A stretch of 64,000 bases of DNA from the NCBI GenBank assembly GCA_037379345.1, contig CM074511.1, positions 4,092,001 to 4,156,000 of the forward strand, given 5' to 3'. Shown here one piece after another: positions 11,901 through 26,900 of the stretch. Under the pieces are notes generated by a model. The model was not told where the DNA came from. It made no database searches and saw only the letters and a list, made by a program, of their open reading frames with translations. How positions within the stretch are numbered: position 1 is the stretch's first letter; each line of letters starts with the position of its first letter. The position numbers were made by a program, and so were the translations under genes. The DNA comes from Perna viridis (Eukaryota).

Positions 11901-14900
11901 TACAGTACTCATACACTGTTCACATAACAAAACTGATGCAAACTAATTAAGTCCTTATGATATCATGCAACATTTAAAGTTGTAAATTTGTTTCTTTATA
12001 AAGCTGAAATTCTCCAAAGCCTTATTTCCATGAAAAACTTCAAATATTATAATCAACATTTTTAAACTACCAACCTCCTTACAATCCAGTTTCACAGACA
12101 AGTAAAAATGGTAAGAAAAAAAATGAAACAGATTTAAATAAATGACAATGAACTATCTACAAACTAAAGCCAAGCTCTGGCATTTATAAGATATGTGTAT
12201 CCAGTATTCAAGTACTACTGTTGCGATCCAAAAACAGGTCATGAAAAGTTAATTTAACAATGGAAGCCTTTCTTTTATGACTATGTTACATTTAATAATC
12301 AATACATGAAGTGTCTTATTTATTTGGTTCTTTTATTAGCAACCTTTTTTTCATGGTGGTTTTAAATTATTTCTGAATATCTGGTATTATCTTTAAATGA
12401 AATATGTTCCTTGGAAATTCTAACAAACATGTGATTTGTATCTGGACAAAGATTTCAGATAAAACTCATGACTATATTTATTCAGCACAGGATACACATA
12501 AAAAAGCATATTACTGCAGTCACATCATCAGTATCACTTTGAAAACCTGGATTTCACAGATGTCCCAAAGGTCATGTTTATATTCAGAAGAAATATGCCT
12601 CTATCTACCCATAGCCATTTTTATGAAAATATTTTTTTTTCTATCTATCAAACAGTTTTCAGTATCTTCAACTAGAAATTGAAAACATGATTTTTTTTTA
12701 TACAACAAAGTTATCTTGAAAAAAATATTTCAGAATATATGATTTGTTCTTGATATATACAAGCAAAATAACTTCACATGAATTTCATATGATATTCACC
12801 TGAATTGAGTAAATAAAATTTGTGCAGAGTTCATGTGAAATTAATGTGAATCCAGCTTCATCATGAATTTCATGTGAACTTTTTACAAGTTATTAAATGA
12901 ATTTTATGTGGAAATCATGTAAATTTCATGTGAATCTCACATGAATAACATTTGCCTGTGTACATAGAGACACTGAAAAAAAGCAATCAGATCACAAAAG
13001 CAGAGCATATTAGCAGATCTAAAGGCAGTTGATAACCTTATAGAATCTTGCCTAGTTGGAGAATATTTAACGTCCCTGAAAATACCAAACACATAGTTAT
13101 AGAAACTAAATCAAAAGAAATGGTTTCACTACAGGAACATTTTACCATTATCAGTCATTATTTCTCAATGTAAATATTTTGGAAGAAAGTTAAAAAAAAA
13201 ATTCTTTGCTTTCTATAAAGACAGGAGAAGATGAGATACAGTGAAACCATTTCTCTTTGTTCTATAAGATAATCAATCTATATTTCAAGGGTCATCTTTT
13301 AGTCATGCAGTTTGGAAGAAGCTTCAAACAAAACAAACATAACATGTATCAACTGAGTATTATTTGAAACAAGGATGTTCATGCCAATTACAAAATATAT
13401 GGGAAATAATGAGAGGAAACTCTGGAATTACTGTTTATATAACAGAAAATAAAAAACAATATTACAATAGAAAAATAAAAAAGTATCTTAAAAATATGTC
13501 AATAGTTCCAAAGATATGAACCTTTTCCAGGGACAAGCCTTATATATTACCCAGAACAATTATAGTTAGGATGCAATTTATTCTCATATGACATAAATAT
13601 TTATAAATTAAATTCAACCAATGAAATACAAACCTTCTATCATCTCCATATTCATCACGCCTTCTGGGTGGAGCTAAAATAAGATATGAATATTAAGAAA
13701 ACTTCACTAACCGATAAAAAAATAGACAATTAAAATAAAATAAAAATGGCTATACTAATAATGATAAATTCAGTCTTAAAGGCAATTTTCATCTTAGAAA
13801 CTAACAGATGGACATGATTATCATACAATGATCCCGGTAAAATTAAAATTATTGTCTTGAAAATTTCTTTAACTTTAAAACATCAAACATTTTCAAGACT
13901 TCTTTAAATAATTTACCTGTATATGGCTTATGCACTTTAGGTTCTGGTCGTCTTTTGTACATCAGGTAGATTAGAATACCTAATGCTATTATGATCAACA
14001 CAGAGATTATCAGCCCAATAAACCATCCAAAGTTAGCTCCCAAACCATAGGCAGCCGCTGTAACAGGAAAAAACATAAATATTAAAGTTACAAGGCAGCT
14101 GTATTAAAGGAAAAATACTGATAAAAGACACCAGTTGTAACTAACAACCTATGTCTCAAATTTTCTAAGGTACAAAGGTATAAATTAAAGTTGCAACATT
14201 ACAACCACAAACCTGTGTACTGATAGGTGAGTATTCCACAGAACAGAGGGCTCTTACCCCACTTGGCATTAATACATAGCATAATTATAAACATAGTCAT
14301 GAAGTACTGACAATACCATAACATAAGATATACTTACGCATTCCTTTTGTAGTAACCACTTCAGTACCACTAGTTGATGTACTATCCCCATTGGTTACAG
14401 ACAGACGGACTTCATATGATGTACCAGTCTGTAGATTAGACACACCAATCCAGCTCTTCGATACTTCTTGTGGTGTTTGTTGCCAATCTGACACACCTGC
14501 ACAAGTAAATCTAATTCATTATTCAGTTGCTTAATGACACTTTAACTCTTAAATCATAAGATAATACACCAGTATATATCCCAAGCATTCATGAAACTTA
14601 GTTTTTTCTCATTACAATCCATGGTCAATATGTGTCAACTGAATAATCAGAACAAAATACTCCTTAGTAAAACTAAGGAAAGGAAGAACAATGCCCCTCA
14701 TGGGACTGATACCCCCGCAGCCAGTTGAACTTTGTACATTTGAGGACCAAAGTGGACACATGATTCATATTTGACACAATTTAATGGGAGATAAACTTAG
14801 CATTTGCTGCAATTTCTAAAACACTCAATTTCAAACCACAATCAGTACTACTATTTGTTGTTGACAACACAATGACAGATTTTAACTGCAAATGTTACTT

Positions 14901-17900
14901 TAAACATTAATTCTTGACACATGGTAATTTACACCCCATTAAATTTCATAACAATCCTGCAAGTTGTGGACAACACATGTGACCAAGTTTTGATGAAAAA
15001 TGCCTAAGTCCAACAGCCGTCACTTTTACAATTTTTCCCCAAACATTAATTCCTGACAATTTGCACATACCAATATGGTAATCTAACATTCCTTTGAGTT
15101 TGATTACAATCCTACAAGTCATTAAGAAGGAATTGTTGACAATGCATAGACTAAGTTTTGCTGAAAAATGCATCAGTTCAAACAGCTGTCACTTCTACAA
15201 TTATTGCCCAAACATAAATTCCTGAAAATATGCACACCCCAATATGGTAATCTAACATTCCACTAAGTTTCATTACAATCCTGTAAGTCATTGAGAAGTT
15301 AAGGATTTTTTTTTGCTGAAACGCCCCAGTTCAAAAGCTGCCATTTCTATATTTTTTGGATTACATTTTTTTTTATTACAGCTAGAACCTTGGTTCCCTT
15401 GATTACTTTTTGTCCAAACATAAATTTCTGACAGTTTGCACATCTCCATATGTTATATTACATCCCACAAAGTATCACAACAAACCTGCAAGCTGCTTAG
15501 AAAATAGTTCAGACAGACAGACAGACAGGGTGAAACCTATACTAGTATACCCCAAACATCATTAATGGGGGGTATAAAGATAGTTCATCAAGTAGCTCAC
15601 CTTCTTTACGATATTCTACAAAAACAACAGTACCAAACCTCCTGTTGGCTATGGTTGTCCATGTCACATTAAAGAATGTTGAATTTACATGGATGATGTT
15701 AAATCCTGGGACACCTATATAAAACAAATAAAGAAATTATAAGCATTATATTTGTACTTTAGGTTCATTCATTTAAATGTACATTGGATTTGTTCTAATT
15801 CCAAGAAAAATTAAAAACTGAGGTGCAGGGTATGGTGTAGCTTCACTGTTTCAGAGGAAGAGCAACCATGTTACCCTTAACTATTGTTTAGACTGTCTGA
15901 ATACTGATTATAAAGATTTGACTTTTTCATCAAACTTTCTACAAGGAAATTTTCTTTCTTGATTTATTCCATTATGGTCCATTTAGTTTTCTGAAATATA
16001 TATTTTCCATATTGTTATTTAAACATACATGTACTTAAAATGACTTACTCATACTAGCTGTCTTAGCTGTGGTCAGCTCAATAAAGGATACTTCACCACG
16101 TCCATTCTCTGTTCTGCCCCACATATGTATTCTGTATTTCTGATTGGCTGTCAGACCATTGAGTACAGTTGTGTTTAAACGAGAGTCTACAATCTGTGGA
16201 TCTCTCTCCTGCATTTTACCAAGATCTAAACCATCAACTACCAAGGGAAAAAAAACAAATTTATCATTATAGATTTCATGCATATCAAGAAAAGAATATC
16301 CAACCAATCAAAAAGGCAATGCTTTGTACTAATCTAATGCACTTAGCTTGATTTTTTACTGTGCTAGCTCACAGAAGCAATGGCCTGCAGATAATTTTGT
16401 CACTGTCACAAGCTAGTACTGATTGGATATTAGGACCAAAATATATTCACGAGTGCCAAAGAACGCCTAGATTTAACAAGGAATGCAGATCTTGTTCCAG
16501 GCATGATTGATTACATTTTGATTATTCAAGATAAACAATTGATTATCCTATTATTATATAAATTTTATCAATAATTCATTGCTATCTTCAACACAAATTT
16601 TTAATTATTGATATTCGTATTGTGACGTTTTGGCAGGAGAAAGTCCGAGAGTGAAATTACCAAATTTATTTCAGTGTAAATTTTTTGCATAGGGAACGTC
16701 TGATAAATCACTGCTATCTATACAATCAATGTCTTTCTAACTCCAAGTCAACCAGTTCTTTAAGTTAGGTGCTTAGCAAAAGCAATGAGTACTTAACACC
16801 TTTATAGGTACTACATTTATAAGTTTCCCTATATTAATAAATCAATTGTAAATGTATATTAGCTAACAGTACAATATAAATGCAGACTGTATTCCTCTTC
16901 AAACCACAAATACATCAAGTTCTCTGTTATTACCTGTTTGGTATCCTACATCATAACCCTGTAGATATGTATTAGATGCTGCATCAGGCGAGTTTAAAAG
17001 TTCAGGTTTTGACCAGGCTAACTCTACAAAGTTACTTCCAACAACTATAGCTCGTAGTCTTTCTACTGGGCCAGGCACTGAAATCAAACATTTTATCAAT
17101 TCTGTATTACCAAAACATAATGTATCAGAAACAATCTAACCAATGTTCCCAGCTTACTATTGTAGGTTTTTGTGTAATGGACTAAAGTTAAGTTTCCATT
17201 TTCTACAGCAAAAGTTGAGCATTCAAATAATTGTTTTTTCAGTAAAAGCATGGCCACTATACAAATACAAAATTCATATAAAAACCAAAATATAAAACTA
17301 GTACTATTTTTTATTGTACTGTAATGTTAAAAGACAATACCATGAATAAAACAAATGAAATAACATAATTACCTCCCCTTGCAGTGACAAATCCCTGGAT
17401 AGGACTTGGTCCACTGACATAGTGTGTAGTCATCACACAGATTTGGGCCTCCATGTAGGTAAAGGGCAACAGGTCTGTCAACGTATATTTAAACTCTGTT
17501 ATTGAACGTCTCTTTCTTGTCAGAGATCCATAACGAGGTGTGAGGTCTTTCTCAAGGAGCTCATCCTCCCTAAAGGTTTCTCTTTTCTTGCCCTTCACCC
17601 AGTATTGCAACTGAAATGAAAATGCAAAAGCAAATTAAAATAACATTTAACAGATACAATAAATAATACCCATACCTGATACTTACATGTAGTTGCCTTT
17701 CAACTGTCCATTAATTTATTTTTTTCTTAGCTCATATTAAACTCTTTAAATTGTTAATTTATTTTTAGCTCATCTTGACCCTATGAATTGTTTAGTTTAT
17801 ACATGTATTTAGCTCACCATCAACCTTAAGCTAAGTTATTACTATAAACCATGAAGTTTTCCTTACTTATACGGTAAGACCAGTAATACAAAAATTAAAC

Positions 17901-20900
17901 TGTCGTGAGGAACGTAATAATTCAATCCGAGGAATGGTGGCAAAATAAAAACTGTGTGAAAACAGATTGATTGCATAAACCACTGAAAATAGACAAGGTG
18001 AAAATTTCCCAGTACACAGTACCTCAATAATACTCTTAATTGTCCATAAAGAGCATTCCATAGTAATCTCACCTTAAACCCTCTAAATCTTCCATTAAGA
18101 CCAGATCCTGGTCTATCATTGAGGTCCATATCCCAGTTCCAATAGAAAGTAGCAGCATTGTCCTCCATAGCACTTTCATCCACTACGAAAGTCTCCACTC
18201 TAACATTAGCATCCGGTTCTATTAATAGTAGTTTAAATATGTAAGATACACAATGAAAATAAAGAGAAATCTATAAATCATTACACCTTACCACATTTAT
18301 GGTACTGGGTCCATTCACACTAGGAGTCTGCTCGCTACTACATTGAAAATGGTTATATAATTTCAAAGGCAGATCATATGCTGCATAAAGAATGACTGGT
18401 GCCAGCAGGGAGTAATACATTAAGTACCTGGTGCCAGTGAATTATTTTATATTAATTTTTAAACATTAAAATGTGTGTTTTGCTATTAAGTTGAAAAACC
18501 AAGTTGACAAACAAATCAGGATTTTTTTTAAATCATAATTTTTACATTACATGAATTTACACTTTCACAATGAACTGGCCTATTGGAGATATTCTGGGGC
18601 AGGTAATCAATGTTAATTCAATTACTGTGAGTGTGATTATTGTAAAAGTATAAATTTTCACGGAGTACTAATATTTAGTGGTGGACAGATAAGCGCTAAA
18701 AATAGGACCCGCAAAATTGATTTTTGTCAAGGAAGTCTATTTATAGACTGAACTTGACTTAGAGATTGTCAGCAACCAAATTACGTAACCAATGTAGACA
18801 TTTTGACATATAACTACCAAAATAACACTCCTCGGGTTATTCTCCTTGCAAAGTTTGCATTAAGATATTGCTCCACCGCCGATCATACTCCATGTCAAAT
18901 ATGTGATGTTTACTTTATGTACGACATGGGCGTGTAACGATATTGAGGCTATTTAATATGTGTAGAACTGCAAGATTTCAGTGATTATATGATATTAACT
19001 ATTTTGACTCAGAGAGCTGGACTATTCTGTCAAATTGACCCGAATATTCGCAGGGAGGAAAGCTCACACAAGATTTGCCAATTAATTTCTCTCGATCTGA
19101 CCCTTTTAATGAAGATGTCGGGAGCTTCTAATGACGGATTTTCGGAGCTGCAATGTAACCTTATTGTGTAGTAAGTATAGATTAAAGTGGCGAATTCAGG
19201 GGAGGGTGAATGGGGTTGGCACCCATCCTTTTATTAAAAAATTTCACGTGTGATTAATTTGATCCCAGGAATTTTGTACATAAAATGCAAGCACTGCGTA
19301 CATATATGTTAATTACTACAAGTACATGTACATAAATAATATAAAATGGTAAACTCACAAGTACATACATGTAGCTAACAAAGAAGTATTTAAAATAGAA
19401 AATAAACAGAATTGTTAAATTATTATGATTTCAAAGGACAGACATAAACAATATCTCTGTTTCAACAGTAAGGATGAAAGGAGGTCATGTGGCATATTCA
19501 TCACATTCAGTAGGTAATCTTGAACTATCAAAAAGGAGGGGTATCCAGTGAAATAAAGTAATGTCCTTGGGATGTGAGTGGACACATGAGCCATGACATT
19601 ACACATACACTTGTACATGTATATGTTCCTAAAATCCAAACTTCCACACCGACCATAGACCTATATCGCATACCCTTTATCACACCCCTAGACCTGTATC
19701 ACATACCATATATCGCACTCCTAGACATATCACATACCGTATATCACACTCCTAGACATATCTCATACTGAATATCACACCCCTAGACCTATATTGCATT
19801 TTATATCACACCCCTTGACCTATATTGCATTCTATATCATACCCCCTTGACCTATATTGGATTCTATATCACATCCCTAGACCTTTATTGCCTTCTGTAT
19901 ACCACACCCCTAGACCAATATTGCATACCGTATATAACACCCCTAAACCCATTTCAAGTACCCTATATATCACACCCACAGACATATATTGCATACCTTA
20001 TATCAGAGGCCTAGACCTATAGGACCTATATCACATTCTCTAAATCACACCCATAGACCTATATGTCATACCCTATTTCACACCCCTAAACCCATTTTAA
20101 GTACCCTTTATTAACCAACTACCCAAAATATATTAAAGAGTAATCAAGGGAACCAAGGTTATAGCGGTAATCAAAAGAATGCAATCCAGGGGCAAAGACC
20201 AGACATGGAAAACAAACATACACAACAAAGAACATAAAGTAACTAAAATCATACATAAAAAGTAACAAAAGCAAATGAGCAACTCGGACTCCACTAAAAA
20301 CTGGGAGCATGGACCAGGTGCACCGGTAGGGTAAGCGTCAAAAATTGACCAATTGACATGAATTCAAACTGGCCATCTATACGGGGCCAATATCGATGAA
20401 ACCAGGACCAATACGGCATCATAACTTCGGTCGTTTGACACCACTAATATGAAATAACATATTTATTAACATATAATATATCACACCAACAGACATATAT
20501 TGCATACCTTATATCACATGCCTAGACCTATATCACATACTGAATATCACACCCATGGACCTATATCACATTCTCTAAATCACTGTGCATTGAATATGTG
20601 TTGGATATCAAGGCTACCAAAAGTAGACATTTTCTAAGAGCTGATTTTCATGGACATTCTTACATGTACAATGTACTAGGTAAGTGTTGAAGGTATACAT
20701 TATTTATTCATATACTTTGTATGTACTCAGGTATTTAAAATTTTCAAAACTGGTGATAAATATACTGTTTTTATAGCACTACAGAGGAGAAGTGTTTTGA
20801 ATAATTGTTAACGACGAAGACAATGACAGACGCCAAGTGATGGCAATAGCTCACATGGCCTTTGGCCAAGTAAGCTAAAAATAAGTTAAAACTTACTGCT

Positions 20901-23900
20901 TTCTCCTGAATGAATTGTAACAGTGCGTAACTCTGCTGCACTGTCTCCATACTGATTTGATGCTTTGATAGTCACATTATATGCTACATAGATATCATTG
21001 GTCAAGTACTCATATCTCTTCAGTCGCCAATCTGACAAGGTGCGGGTGAAATCTACTGGGGCATTTCCACTACGCATAATTGATAACACATAATGGAAGT
21101 TGTCTCCCCCTTGTTCAATTGGTGGCATTGGCTGGAAAATAATATTTAACAAGTCAGTAAACATACAGATACCACTCGTATATCACTGTGTTAAAGTTAA
21201 GGTTAAATGATTATTCTCTTTCAAAAATAATTATTTTTTTTTATTACTGATCTCATAAATCAATGAAAATTAAACATTAGCAATGAAAACATTCAACTTT
21301 AATACAAGATTAAAATACATACTGTCCATTCAATAACAAGGAAGTTTGGTTTGTCCCCAAGTCCTCGTACATTTTCAGGGTTTTTAACTGGCTTGGCCTT
21401 ATCTGTTATACAAACACCACTATGTTTAGAGGGTTCACTGATCCCTATCTTATTGGTAGCCAATAAACGCCAGCTGTAATGAACTCCAGGCCATAGATTA
21501 AGTGTAATAGTATTCTGTGACTGGTTGGCTGTAGCAGCGAACACCCAGTTATCAGGTTCAACCGAGGTATTAAACTGAATAGTAAAGTACTGAATGGGTG
21601 CATTATTAAATGCTCCTTTTGTCCATGTTAATGTGACCTGTCTGTTAGCACAGTTCTTCTTCTCTATATTTACTGGTGGATCTGGCTTATCTGCCAAAAT
21701 AAATATAATGTACAATGTTAATGACATCATCAGCCCTTGTTAAATCAGTCATTAAACAGTCATACTAAGGTACTAGTAATAACTTTTGTAAACACAAATC
21801 TAGAGATTTTGAAACACTGGATCAAGCTCATTTTGTTCAAAATTTGCAACCCCAGAACCCTGCTCCCACTGGATTCGCAACAACAACCAGTACCATTATT
21901 TTGCTAAAATATATTTCAAGAAATATAAGGAAGTTCTACAATTTCTGATTAAGCTTGTTTCTGAAAAACAGGGTCTCATCAGTAATTCTATCTTCTTACC
22001 TTTAACTGTTAGAATAGCGGAAGCTGTTTCATTATCCAGACCATTAGTAACAACACATGTATATAACCCGGAGTCTCGACTGATCGTTCCACTAATAGTC
22101 AACGAATTGTCCTGAACATTTGTGGTCATTCTCTGATCATTTGTAGTGATTTCTTTACCATCTTTCAACCACAACACTCTTAGATTTGCAACTTCCTCAA
22201 AATCTGTAGTACCAGAGCACGTAAATTTAGCATCAGTTCCTGCTGTGTTCTCAAGATCAGAGGGACGCTGTTCTATCCTAGTTTTTCCTGTAATCAAAAT
22301 TATTCAAGTTTTTATACAAAACAAAAATTTGATAAAAGCTCCTTAATAAAGATTTGTACGATCAGGTATATTTCATACAATACTAATAAGGCCATAAAAA
22401 AAATATAGGTTCTCAGGCCACTTTTATAAATATGGAGGAGGGAGGTGTTTTTTTTTGTTTTTTGTTTTTTATTAGACTTGTTTGCAGTGAATGAGAAATA
22501 AAATATGATACAAATATGAAACATGTCTGCCACAAACAATTTGGCACAAAATAAGTGCCATTTTCTCGGGGTCTAAAATCACTCAATGTAATTTCCTGGC
22601 AGAGTAGGTGTAAATTACCATTATATCAAACACTGGCATGATTATGAATAGGAGTGGGTAATAGAGGAACGGATCTAGATTGGACACAACCAATTTCCAA
22701 ACTCTTACAGAATGGATACGAAAACATTCTGTATTTTGAACTTCATACAAATTGTTGACGCGAGTGCTTGAGAACCTAGGATATTTTTAATTGCCTAACT
22801 CAGCTATACTTCAGTGACATAAAATGAAAGTTTACTCAATACCATCATCAATCGATTTCTTTATCTGAGTATTTACCACTTACTTCTGACAATGAGAACA
22901 CCCCAGTCCTTATCAGATCCTTCCTGATTTTCTGCCAGGCAAGTGAAGTTTCCCGCATCTGATAGTACAATTTTCTGTAATTAAAATTGAATATAGTGAA
23001 ACTCTTTGTTGTAGGTTCAAGACTGTAAACTTCCTTACTTTTGAAGTTTACTTATTTTTGCTCTTTTCAAGGTGGAAAGAAAAGCACAAAAAATATTTCT
23101 GGTGAAGTTGATTTGTATGTAACACAACTCACTATTTATAACGGCAAAAATTGATACCAACGAATATGTTCACAGAATCCACGAAAATTGATACCAACAA
23201 ATATGTTCACAGAATCATTGATACCAACGAATATGTTCAAAGAATCCACGAAAATTAGCAACCGCAAAATATAATATGTTTACAGTATCTAAACCTTTAA
23301 CCACATCAACTTTAATGAAATTAATATTGAAAAAAAAATTACAAAAGAAGAGTATAAGAATTTCTTCATTAAACTTCACAAAACAATTACAATGATAGTA
23401 ATAAGTTTTTTAATAAATCACACAACAATTTAAGGCAGAAGTTGACCTACAGTTATATGTAAATCTCCATTTGGCATGATCTGGTACCTTCCTCCAGTGA
23501 TTTGTTGTGTTCCTTTGAACCAGGTTATAATTGGATCTGGTTTCCCACTGGTCTGACAAGTCAGGAATACATCAGTTGTTTCTGCTACTTTTAGTTCTTT
23601 CACTGGTCTCTTTATAAACTGAGGTTTCTCTTCTACAAAACCATAATGATAGATAGAAATAATTATTATCCATTCTTTCTTTATTCTATCTTTATATAAT
23701 GTTTTCTTAGATCAGTTCTTTCAAAGCATGCAAATAATTTTTGGTACATAACTTATGAAAATCTACTAATATAAATACCAAATATGATACCGTGTAGCAG
23801 ACAATTTTTGTGGGTTGCTAATTTTGGCATTTTTTAACAGACTGTCTAAAAATGCTAAAATAAGTTTCACAAAATATTTAATCTGGGTGTAAGTAATAAG

Positions 23901-26900
23901 TGCACCATTTATCATCTGCAAAATTTTTCACATACATTTTTGCTTCAAATGGCAAAATTTTAAAACCTCAAAACAAAACCACCATATATTTAGATATAGG
24001 TTCATATCATACTCCCCTTAAAAACTTTGCAATTCCTATACTTAACATAAAAACATTTACTAGAGATATTAATCATACATTTTTTTTAAAATATAACATC
24101 CCCAGACAGTGAGAAATACTTACTTATAAGAGAGTAGTTAAATAGAAGTCTCCCCATTATAGTTACTAGTCACTTACCACAGATTCTTAAAAGATATGAA
24201 TATCAAAGTCTACCCAAACATAGCCGTAAATATTTGCAGCTCAATAATACATATTACTTACTTAGAACATTAAGATAAAACTCCCCCAAAATGTAACTAT
24301 AGATATTTACGGCTCAATAATACATATCACTTAAAACACTTGAACTAGCATAAGGGATTCATGCTGAAATGAACTTAACAGAAAACTTAACTGTGAACTT
24401 TAACATTGAATTTTCTAAGTCACCTGATCATGACTATAGGGGTACATGCGTAAAATTGGCATTAATTTGTGATACAATGATGATAATGCATCTGTACACC
24501 AAATATAATTAACCCAGCATAATGGGTTTATGTTTAAATGAACTTATCAGGAAAGCAAAACCTAAGTCTCAGCTCCGGCAACTTTTGTCGCAGGCAAGAC
24601 AAAAATCTCCCCAAACCCTTCTCGAAGTTATTTGCGGCTCAATAATAACATATTACTTACTTAGAACATTGAGATAAAAATCTCCCCAAACATAACCATA
24701 GATATTAGAGGCATTGCATTGTAGAACCATAACATCACTTTTCTGTAGATTAGTTATTGTAACATTGTTATCATTTGGCTTCTGGAACCTTGCTGTCTTA
24801 ACTGTTGGATGAGTAGAATCTGTTCAAATATAATACAAGTCAATTAGAGAAATATATATATACCATATTCTTCCATGTATTACATGCATCTGTGTATTCC
24901 TTGCATCCCCTTCTTGGCAAGGGAGATCGGCGGAAAAAGTTAGTTTCCGTGTAAAACGCACACTGGGAAGCAAGGAAAAATCACCAACAGAAGACCACAT
25001 TGAGATGAAAGGATTCCGATAAATTCTCTGAAATGTGTATCTTTTCACCATTAATCTTTTAAATAAATGTATTTTCTATGTTTCCCTGTGTTTGCAAGCC
25101 ATTTATTGTTTAAAATAGTTTATAAATAGCGATGTAATGGATCTGAGTCGGTTGAAATGTTTACATTTCCTGTTCAAATACAAATCATTCACTAAAACAA
25201 TGGCGTCAAGTCCGACCGCTTATAAAAAGATGTTTTAATTTGCCAAGTTGTGTATTGATATCTGACATCTGGAAACAGTTCATCAAAGGATTAGTAATAA
25301 TTGTTTCACCTTTTAAATTGATCTTTTGTTATTTGATAATTAAATGACAATGGGCCCGAGGAGAGGTTGGCACTCCCGGTATTGTGTATTAAACGCTCCA
25401 CTGCACACAGGTAAAGAAGTTATAATCAGACGACTTGATTTGAGAGAGCAATAAGAAGCTAGTCTTGGGTTTTCGTACAAACTGTGAAATGCAAGGAAAC
25501 GCCATTGTTGGATAAAACAACTATTAAATAGCAGTAAAACTTTATTTGTTTATTTCACATAAAACTGTTCTCAAAAATACAATGGCTCGATGTTGTCTTT
25601 AGTTGACGACTTTGGTTCTGATTCCTGAAAATTACAGACCTGAAAATCATCTCTAGAAAAAAAATCTAGAAACTCATTGTTTTGGTGTATACCACGCATC
25701 TCTCTTCTGGAGCAAAGAATAAGTTGAAAAAAGTGTGCAGTATAAATGGAAGAATACGGTAATACCAAGGTACTGAATCACAATTTTTTTTTTAGTAATT
25801 GTTACTAAAACCTTTGACCTAAAATATGTCAAAGTTTTATCAAGAATTTTCATTATTTGTTCTGAACAAGTATATGGAAAGCATTAAATATGAAAGGACT
25901 TATATTTAGACTGACTTGGATAAAAAAAATCACTTACAAGCAATGTCATACCATTTTCCTTCATATGATTTAGCTCATGAAAAATATAGTTAATTTTACA
26001 AAAAAAATTGATGTGAAAGAAATTTATAACCTCAGACATCATAAAATCTTATTACCAAATATAAAATGATGAACATTTCAGTCAGGGGTAGATCAAGAAA
26101 TAAGAATGGGAGGTTGTGCTGACTGATTAAAGAGGACCATAATGCAACAGTGATTCTCTATCATTTTGACTATTTTCCCAAGAAAAGAAGGAAGATGCAT
26201 GAACATGGATCAGCCTTTGTGTTTCTTATATCATCTTTACCTTCAAGTGGCACACCATTTATAAACCACTTCAGTTCAGGTTTAGGATCACCAGTAGCAT
26301 TGCAGAAAAATGTAGCCGACTCTCCAACCCCCTTTTCGATATCTTGAGGTTCACCATCCTCAGTCCAATATGGTTTAGCTAAAAAAATCAGTTAGGAATG
26401 ATTTTTGTTCTTAAATTACCTTAAATTGAGAAATTTTTTACACATTTTCAGGATATTCAAACAAGTACAAAATTTTAAACTAAAAAATCAAAGTTTATCA
26501 AGAATTCCATAATGACATTCTGAAAAGCATTTAATACAGTAGACAGTTTTTGTATTTCATGTCATATTTACCAAGCTATTAATAGATTGATTTTAGAGAC
26601 CATTTACTAATGGTCTGTCCATTCAGATATTAGCACATTATTCCTATTACATTGAATTTTGTTACATTGTACTATCTTCAAAATCTATATTCAAGTATTT
26701 TAATTAAAAATCTGTCGTAATTGACAAAATTCAAGTCAACAAACAATTATGTAAGTTAGGATCAATTTATTATACAGGTTGAAATAAGAGCTAATAGAAT
26801 GACAGTATACTGACTTACATTTGACAAGGATTTTAATTTCAGTCTGTAAACGATTCCCTGATGGACTGATTGCATAACAAGTGTAACTTCCCTTGTCTTC

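Noticed and set aside
16434-16715. Repeat shared by both paralogues as a relic of the gene duplication
   Set aside because: The copies sit in non-homologous introns and are far more similar to each other than the exons are, so they are independent TE insertions
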